IMG/VR virus record: IMGVR_UViG_3300017435_000003
Coordinates: 1,273-65,272 of that record
From: a virus
Lineage: Duplodnaviria > Caudoviricetes
Direction: 5' to 3' (one strand)
Length of the DNA stretch: 64,000 nt
Both the position numbers and the translations under genes were made by a program. Below the pieces are notes generated by a model. It searched no databases. It was not told the origin of the DNA and saw nothing but the letters and a program-made list of their open reading frames with translations. Below, one piece after another: positions 54,469 to 62,948 of the stretch (within the stretch, counting starts at the first letter, position 1; the number at the start of each line of letters is the position of its first letter).

Positions 54469-54941
54469 TGGCTTACGCCGAAGGAACGACGGTCGACTTC
54501 GAGAAGTCGATCGCCGAGATCATCACCCTGATCAAGCGCGCTGGTGCGAAGCGCATAGGCCAGGAGGAGAGCGAGGAGCACTTCCTTATCCAATTCGCGA
54601 TCCATGACCGGCTGATCCGCTTCACGCTGCCTCTTCCAGGAATCGACAGCATGCCTTCAAAGGATGGGCGCGGCAGCGCGCTCAATCCTGGCCAGCGTCG
54701 CGAGAAGCTGGCAGCGGCTCATCGACAACGCGGGCGGGCGCTACTTCTCGTGATCAAGGCGAAGCTGGAAAGCGTCGAAAGCGGCATCGAGACCTTTGAG
54801 CAGGCGTTCCTCGCCAACGTCGTCATGGCCGACAACCGCACCGTTTACGAGCGCGTCGCCGAGCCGATCGCCCTCGAGTATCAGACCCAGCAGGTGCAAG
54901 CCCTCGCACTGCCAGCACCAAGAAGAGAGCACGCGTCATGA
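54468..54941 (+). CDS. Conserved hypothetical phage protein
   Basis: MAYAEGTTV...IKAKLESVE.GIETFEQAFLAN pattern; TGATG overlap. Confidence 0.7.
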   Translation: MAYAEGTTVDFEKSIAEIITLIKRAGAKRIGQEESEEHFLIQFAIHDRLIRFTLPLPGIDSMPSKDGRGSALNPGQRREKLAAAHRQRGRALLLVIKAKLESVESGIETFEQAFLANVVMADNRTVYERVAEPIALEYQTQQVQALALPAPRREHAS

Positions 54942-55204
54942 ATGACGGAGTCGACGTCCAGACCTTCGTTCGCGCCGCCAAGATCGCGGCTGCAGCGACC
55001 GACTGCTTCGCCAACAAGCTGGTTGAGCTCGTCATCACCGAGCAGGGCATCCTCATCCGCGGCAAGATCGCAAACCCTGCCCCCAGCCGCATCGGCGTGC
55101 CGGTGCACACCATCGTTGAGACCGTCACCTGGGCCGAGCTCAGCGGAAATTCCAACGTCCTGCAGTGGGCTCTGCGGCGCGTGATCGAAAGGATGCCGTC
55201 GTGA
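54938..55204 (+). CDS. Hypothetical protein
   Basis: ORF track; overlapping start and stop. Confidence 0.55.
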   Translation: MNDGVDVQTFVRAAKIAAAATDCFANKLVELVITEQGILIRGKIANPAPSRIGVPVHTIVETVTWAELSGNSNVLQWALRRVIERMPS

Positions 55205-55623
55205 GGGCCATCTCGCTTTGGCAACCGTGGGCCAGCGCAATCGCACTCGGCAACAAGTCGATCGAAACGCGTCACTGGACGACGAAGTACCGCGGACCAT
55301 TGGTGATCCACGCAGCGCGGCGCTGGGGGCCGGATGAGCGCTATTTTGCGAGCGTTGAGCATGCTCTCGGTCGTTTGCCAAAGCGTCTTCCCTTGGGCGC
55401 GTACGTTGCCGTCGCCGATCTGGTCGACGTCAAAACGACCGAGGAATTGCTCCTGACGGTCGGCCCAATCGAGAAGATCTATGGCAACTATGAGGAAGGC
55501 CGTTTCGGCTGGGTGCTGCAGAATGTGCGGCCACTGGCCGAGCCCGTGCCCGGCAAGGGCAAGCAAGGCTTCTGGTCGCTGTCACCCAATGAACTTGCGA
55601 TGGTCGAAAGGCAGTTTGTGTGA
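55201..55623 (+). CDS. ASCH-domain protein
   Basis: AISLWQPWASAI..G.KSIETRHW, YRGPLVIHA, GKQGFW. Confidence 0.9.
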   Translation: MRAISLWQPWASAIALGNKSIETRHWTTKYRGPLVIHAARRWGPDERYFASVEHALGRLPKRLPLGAYVAVADLVDVKTTEELLLTVGPIEKIYGNYEEGRFGWVLQNVRPLAEPVPGKGKQGFWSLSPNELAMVERQFV

Positions 55624-56120
55624 GCTATTGGGAGCGCAGCGGTGCGTCCAACGAATGGTACACGCCAGCATGGTTATTTGAAGCGCTTGGCTGCTCATTC
55701 GATCTCGACGTGGCGTCACCGACTTTACGCCGCCACGTTCCTGTTCGATGCTGGCTGACCGAGCGCGACGACGGCTTGAAGTACGCTCCTTACTGGCACG
55801 GTTTCGTCTGGATGAACGCGCCTTTTGGAGGCCGCAACGGGCTGGAGCCGTGGCTCAAGGCGTTTGCCAAGCACGGCGATGGGGTAGCCTTGACACCAGA
55901 TCGTACTAGCGCCCCTTGGTTCCAAGACGCTTTCCGCCAGATGGACGCCGTGTTGTTCACACGCAAGATCCGCTTCGAGCGCGCCGATGGAAGCGAGGGT
56001 ATCTCACCGTCCAACGGCACAGCCTTGATGGCGATCGGCTGGAAAGGCGTGCAGGCGCTCCGGCGCGCTGCCGCAGCCGGTGTCGGCATTCTCACCTATC
56101 CTGAGAGGCTTTATCCGTGA
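55620..56120 (+). CDS. Phage DNA N6-adenine methyltransferase (Dam-like)
   Basis: EWYTP, FDLDVAS, DDGL, VWMNAPF, SAPWFQ. Confidence 0.82.
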   Translation: MSYWERSGASNEWYTPAWLFEALGCSFDLDVASPTLRRHVPVRCWLTERDDGLKYAPYWHGFVWMNAPFGGRNGLEPWLKAFAKHGDGVALTPDRTSAPWFQDAFRQMDAVLFTRKIRFERADGSEGISPSNGTALMAIGWKGVQALRRAAAAGVGILTYPERLYP

Positions 56121-57721
56121 GCATCCCGACCGCCTGGCTGGATCAGTTGCGCGACCGCGTGAGCCTATCCTCGCTCGTCATGAAGTCGGTGCCTCTCAAG
56201 AAAGCAGGCAGCGAGTGGAAAGCGTGCTGCCCGTTCCATTCGGAGAAGGGCCCGTCGTTCTTCGTCAACGACCCCAAGGGGTTCTATCACTGCTTCGGGT
56301 GCGGAGCGCACGGCGACGCGATCCGATGGATGACCGACCACGAGGGCATGACGTTCATCGACGCGGTGAAGGAGCTCGCGGCTGGCGTGGGGATGGAAGT
56401 GCCGGCGCCGGATCCACGCGCCGCGGCACGCGAGAAGGCGCGCGAGGGGCACCACGACGTTCTTCTCCGCGTGTCTCAGCTGTTCCAGCGCGAACTTGCG
56501 GCCGCGCGCCCGGCGATCGATTACCTGGAAGGGCGCGGGATCGGGCCAGGTGTGGCCGCTCACTTCGAGATCGGGTTTGCACCCAAGGTCGGGTACGACG
56601 CCCGGCCTTTCGTCCTCAACGTCGATGCTCCGGTGGAAGCGCTCGTCGAGCTCGGCGTGCTTCGGCGCAATCCGGACGATGGCCGCGTGCGGGACTTCTT
56701 CCGCGCGCGGGTCATCATTCCGATCCACGACGCGCGCGGCCGCGTCGTCGGCTTCGGCGGTCGCATCCTGGGGCCGGGCGAGCCGAAGTACCTCAACAGC
56801 CCCGACACACCCGTGTTCGACAAGGGGCGGTCCCTGTTCAACCTGCACCGCGCTTCGCCGGTCGCCCGCGCTAAGGATCGGCTGGTGATCGTCGAAGGGT
56901 ACATGGACGTCATAGGCCTATACCACGCAGGGGTGACAGAAGTTGTCGCCCCCAACGGCACGGCGTTGACCGAAGCGCAGATGGGGCTGGCGTGGAAGCT
57001 GGTCGATCATCCGACCGTTTGCCTGGACGGCGACAAGGCCGGTCGCGCGGCAGCACTGCGCACGGCGATGCGTGCCCTGCCGATTCTTGCCCCGGGCAAA
57101 GGCCTCAAGTTCGCCTTCCCTCCGGCTGGACATGATCCGGACGATGTCGCGCGTCAGGGCGGCGCCGAAGCCGTGGCCGCCATGCTCGACGAGACCGTTT
57201 CCCTTGCGGACATCATCTGGAGCGAGTGCATCACCAGGATGAAGGCCGGTCCGGATGCGATCGCCGCGGTTCGGCGCGATGTGCGCGTGATGGTCGACGG
57301 CATCAAGGATCCGGACGTGCGCGCATCGTACACCACCGCGTTCGGCAACCGCTTCGCCAGCTACGGCCAGCGCTCGAGCAGTGCCCGCCGATCAGCGCCC
57401 GCGCGGCGCAACGTCAACCAGGCGGTCGAGGATGCCCTGTTCAAGGGGATCATCCGACACGTCGACCGTATCAACGATCTCGCCGAGTTGGTCGGTTGCC
57501 GGCCCTGGGCAGACGACGACATCTCCGACATCCTCAATGTGCTGATCTATCCCGAAGGCGAGCCCATCACCCGCGGCAACATGGTGCAGGTGTTTGAGCG
57601 GCGCGGGATGGGCGAGAAGTATCGGCAGGCGATAGCGCGCGATGGGCTGCGCTTCCCCTTCCTGGTCGGACCGCCGACCGACGCAACCTTCAAAGCCCTG
57701 TCCGAAGCCCTGCGCACCTAA
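56117..57721 (+). CDS. dnaG: DnaG-like DNA primase
   Basis: CPFH...CFGC zinc finger, PKYLNSP, VEGYMDV, CLDGDKAG, DPDD. Confidence 0.95.
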   Translation: MSIPTAWLDQLRDRVSLSSLVMKSVPLKKAGSEWKACCPFHSEKGPSFFVNDPKGFYHCFGCGAHGDAIRWMTDHEGMTFIDAVKELAAGVGMEVPAPDPRAAAREKAREGHHDVLLRVSQLFQRELAAARPAIDYLEGRGIGPGVAAHFEIGFAPKVGYDARPFVLNVDAPVEALVELGVLRRNPDDGRVRDFFRARVIIPIHDARGRVVGFGGRILGPGEPKYLNSPDTPVFDKGRSLFNLHRASPVARAKDRLVIVEGYMDVIGLYHAGVTEVVAPNGTALTEAQMGLAWKLVDHPTVCLDGDKAGRAAALRTAMRALPILAPGKGLKFAFPPAGHDPDDVARQGGAEAVAAMLDETVSLADIIWSECITRMKAGPDAIAAVRRDVRVMVDGIKDPDVRASYTTAFGNRFASYGQRSSSARRSAPARRNVNQAVEDALFKGIIRHVDRINDLAELVGCRPWADDDISDILNVLIYPEGEPITRGNMVQVFERRGMGEKYRQAIARDGLRFPFLVGPPTDATFKALSEALRT

Positions 57722-57740
57722 GCGCCACCAGGAGAAGACC

Positions 57741-58178
57741 ATGTCCAAATTAGACGTCGCCGTGATCAAGATCGATCCGGTGAACAGGCGCGCCGTATTG
57801 CTCAAGATCTCTGGGCAGAACCTCACTCAGGCTGTCCGCCGCATCACTGGCGCCAAGCAGCTGGGCCACATGGTACTGCAGGACATCGAAGGTCGCCGCC
57901 TCATGGGCGTGCGGCAGGAGAAGGGGCGCAACGTCTCCTATGACGCCGGCCCGACCCCTCTGGTGGTCGCTGGTGACGCCGCGCAGGAGAAAGGCGTGCC
58001 CGGCTTTCGCATCAATGGCATCGAGACGGTCGGCACCGGGCTCCTGTTCGGCAAAGGCCTCTCTGGCATGATGAACGTGCCCGTCGACCTGGAGTGGATC
58101 GCTGCCAACCTGGAGTGGATCAGCGCGGAGCAGGCAGATCTCGGTGCGCGCTTTGAAGAGGGCCAGGTCAATGGGTGA
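57741..58178 (+). CDS. Hypothetical protein
   Basis: AGGAG RBS before ATG 57741. Confidence 0.65.
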   Translation: MSKLDVAVIKIDPVNRRAVLLKISGQNLTQAVRRITGAKQLGHMVLQDIEGRRLMGVRQEKGRNVSYDAGPTPLVVAGDAAQEKGVPGFRINGIETVGTGLLFGKGLSGMMNVPVDLEWIAANLEWISAEQADLGARFEEGQVNG

Positions 58179-58422
58179 TACAATCAGGCAGATCGCGCCG
58201 TTGCTGTCCCATGCTCTCGACTGGATCAAGAGCAATCTCCGCACCCCGGAGGACTTTCACATCGCGATCTACATCGGGAGGAAGAATGACCCGTCTACGG
58301 GCATCGTTCTGGGAAATTGCGAGGCGCCAGAGCTCCACGCCAAAGTCGGCTATCTCCTGCTCGATGGAACGAGGGTGGGCACCGTAATTGATGGCGAAGT
58401 TCGCATGGATAAGCCGAATTAG
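58171..58422 (+). CDS. Hypothetical protein
   Basis: ATG 58171 overlaps the upstream stop region. Confidence 0.55.
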   Translation: MGDTIRQIAPLLSHALDWIKSNLRTPEDFHIAIYIGRKNDPSTGIVLGNCEAPELHAKVGYLLLDGTRVGTVIDGEVRMDKPN

Positions 58423-58510
58423 GCCAAAACTTGCAGAATTGCGCAAGTTTGCAGTTTTTCGGGTCTCAACTGAGTTTTTCGGGCTATTTCGCCCGTTTTT
58501 GGAGGGAAAT

Positions 58511-58801
58511 ATGCTGAAATCAGAGGCAAAAGAGCGCGTTGAGAAGGTGTTTTCGGACCTTTTCGGGGCGGATACACTCGAAAGAATGCGCTCTGCAGAC
58601 AAGGCTTTCTTCACGCCCGAAGAGGCGCGCGACCAGCCAGCGGCCAATGAACTCCTCGATAGCCTAGACCAAGTCGAGTTTGTCATGACGATCGAGGCGG
58701 AGTTCGGCGTCGAAATCAAGGATCCGGATGCTGAGAAGCTGATCAGCGTCGAATCCGCGGTCAATTACGTCGCCGAACGGCTTGATCCGACCGCCCGATG
58801 A
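58511..58801 (+). CDS. acpP: Acyl carrier protein homolog
   Basis: [39 protein letters not shown] with the phosphopantetheine serine; GGAGG RBS. Confidence 0.88.
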   Translation: MLKSEAKERVEKVFSDLFGADTLERMRSADKAFFTPEEARDQPAANELLDSLDQVEFVMTIEAEFGVEIKDPDAEKLISVESAVNYVAERLDPTAR

Positions 58802-59118
58802 CACTCCGAGGCGTCCTCTGCAGTTGCCGGGCTTGCCTGGCGGGGGACGCCTTGCCCGAACGCCTCCAAGGCATACCCGGCGCCCGGCAACTCACCTTCC
58901 TTCCTGGAGCTAAGCGCATGCCGACGATGGACGAGAAGCTGAAATCCGCGTGCCAGGATAGGTGCGCCGAGTTCGGCGAGCCACCCTGCTACGAGATCGT
59001 CAATGACGAGCCCGGAGCGGCCCCATGGGCACCCTGCGCCGATTGCAAGGCCGATTGCGGCCTTGAGGCCGATCCGGAGCGGCTCGACCCCGCCGCGGTC
59101 ATGAGGCCGCTGATATGA
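58798..59118 (+). CDS. Cys-rich hypothetical protein (true start uncertain, possibly 58919)
   Basis: ORF track; ATGA overlap. Confidence 0.5.
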   Translation: MTLRGVLCSCRACLAGDALPERLQGIPGARQLTFLPGAKRMPTMDEKLKSACQDRCAEFGEPPCYEIVNDEPGAAPWAPCADCKADCGLEADPERLDPAAVMRPLI

Positions 59119-59618
59119 ACCCGCAGAACGGGCGCTATGCCCTCAACACCAGAAAGGAACAGCCCATGGTCGGCATGACCGATGCTCAGATGAACCGACT
59201 GCATGAGGCAGCGGACAGGACGAAAGTACCTGCGCTTTCCGATGCCGCCGTCCCACGATACGAGCAGTTTGAAGAGCCCCCAGAGCCCACCCACGACGAG
59301 CTCCTGCAGCGCCTCCAATCCGTGCTGCTCGACATCTCCGCTTCTGATCTCGCCAGGATTGGCGTGACGATCAAGCGCGAGGAAGGCGAGTGGGCCTGGT
59401 TGGTCGAAGCCATGGCCGTCGCGCTGGATCGATGTGATCGAGGAAAGCCGGCGGCACAGTTGCGCAAGAACACATCAATGGAGCGCGGTGTCACAATTTC
59501 AATCACCAAGCACTTTCTGATCGAACTCGCGAAGCTGCTCGACGAGCGTAGCCGCAACTTCCCAGATCCAACTTCGACAACGGACATCTGGGAAAAGGCT
59601 GGGGAGGCGGACACATGA
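59115..59618 (+). CDS. Hypothetical protein
   Basis: ORF track; overlapping start and stop. Confidence 0.55.
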   Translation: MNPQNGRYALNTRKEQPMVGMTDAQMNRLHEAADRTKVPALSDAAVPRYEQFEEPPEPTHDELLQRLQSVLLDISASDLARIGVTIKREEGEWAWLVEAMAVALDRCDRGKPAAQLRKNTSMERGVTISITKHFLIELAKLLDERSRNFPDPTSTTDIWEKAGEADT

Positions 59619-59863
59619 AGATCCCGAAGAACATCCGGGGCCTACCCTGCCCGGTGAAGGGCTGCACGGCGCACGCCAAGCCGCAGCAGCTAATGTGCTG
59701 GCCGCACTGGCGGCGCGTGCCGAAGGCGCTGAACCATGCCGTGTTCGATACGCACCGGACCTGGCAGCGCGATCCGACGGGGGCCCACCGTCAATCCTAT
59801 GAGCAAGCGCGTGACGCGGCGATCGCAGCCGTGGAAGCGAAGGAGGCCGTCAATGCAGGATGA
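59615..59863 (+). CDS. Small zinc-binding protein (CPVKGC...MCWPHW)
   Basis: GGAGG RBS; Cys/His pattern. Confidence 0.65.
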   Translation: MKIPKNIRGLPCPVKGCTAHAKPQQLMCWPHWRRVPKALNHAVFDTHRTWQRDPTGAHRQSYEQARDAAIAAVEAKEAVNAG

Positions 59864-59978
59864 TCCCCTTGAGCACGACCCACGGTACGAGCCCCGCATC
59901 GCCGAAGCCAAGCTGGCGCCGATCTGGCTGATCGTCGTGTGCATCGTCGGCATCATTGGCGCGACGGTGATGCTGTGA
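59853..59978 (+). CDS. 41-aa protein with C-terminal TM helix
   Basis: AAGGAGG RBS; MQDDPLEHDPRYEPRIAEAKLAPIWLIVVCIVGIIGATVML. Confidence 0.6.
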   Translation: MQDDPLEHDPRYEPRIAEAKLAPIWLIVVCIVGIIGATVML

Positions 59979-60325
59979 CCGCGCGCGAACTCGCCATCCT
60001 GCTCCAGCCGCAACGCTTCCGGCTGGGGCAGGAGGCCCTCCTGCAGTCCGACGTCCAGGAGTTCCTGCTCAAGCAGGGCGTGCCGCACGAGCGCGAGAAG
60101 GTGCTCGACATCGGTGATCGCGTCGACTTCCTGGTCGAGGGGCACATCGCGCTCGAGCTCAAGATCAAGATGCCGGCGCGGCACATCTACCGCCAGCTGC
60201 AGCGCTATGCCAAGCACGACGTCGTCGACTCGCTTGTCCTGATGACGCTCGGCGTGGGTGGGGTGCCTGCGTCGATCAATGACAAGCCGTGCTTCGTCGT
60301 CAATCTCGGGAGATCTGCACTGTGA
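59975..60325 (+). CDS. Small PD-(D/E)XK nuclease-like protein (GxxExxY-like)
   Basis: EREK...RVDFLVEGHIALELK...RQLQRY; GTGA overlap. Confidence 0.75.
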   Translation: MTARELAILLQPQRFRLGQEALLQSDVQEFLLKQGVPHEREKVLDIGDRVDFLVEGHIALELKIKMPARHIYRQLQRYAKHDVVDSLVLMTLGVGGVPASINDKPCFVVNLGRSAL

Positions 60326-61986
60326 GGACATTCGGCCGCTTACGCTTCGGAAATCATCGCGGCCGGACGGGGTGGGGCATCGACCAACTCGAGCCCCACG
60401 TTGCGGTCGCGTTCAAGCGGCTCTTCCCCAAGGTGCATCACGCAGCGACCGTGCACTTCCTGACCGACAACGACGACACCCGGGCCGACATCAAGTGGTT
60501 CATGGACCGCTACCCGCTTGAAGCGAACGAGAATTGCCACGAGCTCTTGCGGCAGGGCGCCGAGCGCATGGCGCGCAAGATCGCCGAGCGCGGGCTGGTC
60601 CTCGATCTCAATTGGACGCCGCCGACCGATACCGCCGGCTTCAAGCCCGGCAAGGCGCCATACTTCTACCAGGAGCAGGCGATCACCATCGCACTGGCGC
60701 AGGGCGGTCTCCTGCTTGGCGACGACGTCGGCCTGGGCAAGACGAACTCGGCCCTGGGCGCCGCCGTGCGCGGGGCTCCGCTCCCGATGGCCTGCGTGGT
60801 GCAAAGCCACGTCGTCGACCAGTGGGTCAAGCGCGTCAAGGACTTCACGACGCTGCGGGTGCACAAGGTCCGGACCCGCACGCCCTACACCCTCCCCGTC
60901 GCCGACATCTACGTGTTCTCCTACCACCTCATCTCCGGCTGGAGCGAGGTGATCGAGCGCGGCACGTTCAAGTCCGTCGTCTATGACGAGATCCAGGAGC
61001 TCCGGCATGGTGACACCACCGACAAGGGGCAAGCCGCTCGCCGGTTCACCAACAACGCGATGTTCAAGATGGGCCTCTCGGCCACTCCGGTCTTCAACAT
61101 GGGCAATGAGATGCACCGCATCATGTCCTACTTGAACGAGGATCTGCTCGGCGAACGGGAGGAGTTCTATCGCGAATGGGTCGGATCGGAGGGCGCGGTC
61201 AAGGATCCCGATGCGCTCGGATCGTTCCTCAAGAGCAGCGGGTGGGTGCTGCGCCGCGACGAAGACGATCCCGCCGTCGATCGCTCAATGCCACCGCCGA
61301 ATGTCATCGAGCACGAACTCGACTTCGACCGCGTGGCGATGGCGAAGGAGGAGGAGATCCTGCACATGCTCGCGACGACGGTGATGACCGGACGCTTCCA
61401 GGATGCCGGCCGCGCCTCTCGCGAGCTCGACGTCAAGATGCGGCATCTCACTGGCGTCACCAAGGCCAAGTCCGTCGCCGCCTACGTGAAGATGCTGCTC
61501 AGAGAGCGGCCGCGCGTCGTCCTCGCCGGCTGGCACCGAGACGTCTACGACATCTGGCGCTATGCGCTGCGCGAGTTCGATCCGGTGCATTACACGGGGT
61601 CTGAGACGGCGGCTGGAAAGGCTCGGAACGTCCAGCGCTTCCTGGACCCCCGCGGATCGCGCGTTCTGATGATGTCGCTGCGCACCGGTGCCGGCCTCGA
61701 CGGGCTCCAGTACAAGTGCCGCGACGTCGTGTTCGGGGAACTGGACTGGTCCCCGCAGGTGCACAAGCAGCTGATCGGTCGCGTGCGCCGCCCGGGCCAG
61801 CCGCACCAGGTCGACGCCCACTACCTACACGTCAACGGCGGGAGCGATCCGGTGCTCATGGCGATGCTCGGCGTGAAGAGCGATCAGGGTCGCGGCATCA
61901 TGGATCCGGGCAAGGCCCTACCGAAGCAAGTGAACGAAACCTCGCGCATCAAGGCGATGGCGCAGATGATTCTGGAGGGCGCGTGA
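60322..61986 (+). CDS. SNF2-like SF2 helicase
   Basis: GDDVGLGKT, YDEIQ, LSATP, GAGLDGLQ, LDWSP..HKQLIGRVRRPGQ. Confidence 0.92.
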   Translation: MRTFGRLRFGNHRGRTGWGIDQLEPHVAVAFKRLFPKVHHAATVHFLTDNDDTRADIKWFMDRYPLEANENCHELLRQGAERMARKIAERGLVLDLNWTPPTDTAGFKPGKAPYFYQEQAITIALAQGGLLLGDDVGLGKTNSALGAAVRGAPLPMACVVQSHVVDQWVKRVKDFTTLRVHKVRTRTPYTLPVADIYVFSYHLISGWSEVIERGTFKSVVYDEIQELRHGDTTDKGQAARRFTNNAMFKMGLSATPVFNMGNEMHRIMSYLNEDLLGEREEFYREWVGSEGAVKDPDALGSFLKSSGWVLRRDEDDPAVDRSMPPPNVIEHELDFDRVAMAKEEEILHMLATTVMTGRFQDAGRASRELDVKMRHLTGVTKAKSVAAYVKMLLRERPRVVLAGWHRDVYDIWRYALREFDPVHYTGSETAAGKARNVQRFLDPRGSRVLMMSLRTGAGLDGLQYKCRDVVFGELDWSPQVHKQLIGRVRRPGQPHQVDAHYLHVNGGSDPVLMAMLGVKSDQGRGIMDPGKALPKQVNETSRIKAMAQMILEGA

Positions 61987-62120
61987 TGCCGACACATGAC
62001 GAGATCGAAGCCGCCCGCACCCCGAAAGGAGGCTGGTCACGCGAGCAACTAGCAAGATGGGGTGTGCCATGGCCCCCGCCCAAAGGCTGGCGGAAACGTC
62101 TCGAGAAGTCCGATGCCTGA
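61986..62120 (+). CDS. 44-aa conserved small protein (GGWSREQLARWGVPWPPPKGW)
   Basis: GGAGG RBS, TGATG overlap. Confidence 0.65.
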   Translation: MPTHDEIEAARTPKGGWSREQLARWGVPWPPPKGWRKRLEKSDA

Positions 62121-62406
62121 CCTATTCGATATGGAGCCAAGCCCGCCTGCGCAACCAGATCCGAAAACGGCGCCGATTTGTCTACCGCCGGCACCTGCAA
62201 AACCGGCCCAGAATATACCGGATCCTATGCAGGACGGCGCGCACTGCCACTTGGTCGCGTCGTTCGGTTGCTACTGTGGCGGCCAGTCGGAGGTGCTCGA
62301 GCCCGCGCCGGAGAGCATCGCGTGCTGGGTCTGCGAGCGGCCGATGCACCGATGGGTGCCGAAGGACGCGCCGCCGCTTACCAGCGCGAAGGTGTGGGTG
62401 GACTAG
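62113..62406 (+). CDS. Hypothetical protein with Cys motifs
   Basis: ATG 62113 within ORF 62062..62406; CYCG and CWVC. Confidence 0.55.
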   Translation: MPDLFDMEPSPPAQPDPKTAPICLPPAPAKPAQNIPDPMQDGAHCHLVASFGCYCGGQSEVLEPAPESIACWVCERPMHRWVPKDAPPLTSAKVWVD

Positions 62407-62440
62407 ATCGAGCGTGTTGGCGCCGACCTAGTCCACCCCG

Positions 62441-62935
62441 TCAGCTGCCAGGCAATACGAGCACGTCGAACTGGATCCCAGCCGGCGCCACTTCGGCGGG
62501 CAACTGGAGCAGCGCAAGCAGGGCGCGATCTCGATAGCATTTTATGGTTGCGCCCGTCGTGGTGATGGTGCCCACGACGGGATAGCAGCGTGCAGGAAGC
62601 GTTTCTGCCGACCCGACGTAAGGCGTCACGGTCAACTTTGGGACTGAGGGCATTGCGGCCCACGTGACCGCGGCGGTTCCGGCCGTGCCGGTGGTGCCTG
62701 AGACGGTGCGCGAGATACGCGGCGCCTGATCGTCTGGTCGCCGATAGCGAGGCGACGAACCGATTGCCCCCGCCGTCGCCATATCGGGCATTGGCACCGC
62801 ATCCGACGGCTGCGGGATCTGCGCTTGGATCGCAGCAATATCATTCTGCGTTGCCGGGCGCGTAAGAGGGGATACGGTCTGCCCTAGCGCCGGCGTTGAG
62901 CAAGCTATGGCAAGCAGAAGTAGCAAGTTGCGCAT
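62441..62935 (-). CDS. Signal-peptide protein with tail-fibre-like C-terminal beta domain
   Basis: MRNLLLLLAIACSTPALG signal peptide; AAGGAG RBS. Confidence 0.7.
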   Translation of the reverse strand: MRNLLLLLAIACSTPALGQTVSPLTRPATQNDIAAIQAQIPQPSDAVPMPDMATAGAIGSSPRYRRPDDQAPRISRTVSGTTGTAGTAAVTWAAMPSVPKLTVTPYVGSAETLPARCYPVVGTITTTGATIKCYRDRALLALLQLPAEVAPAGIQFDVLVLPGS

Positions 62936-62948
62936 CGATCTAACTCCT

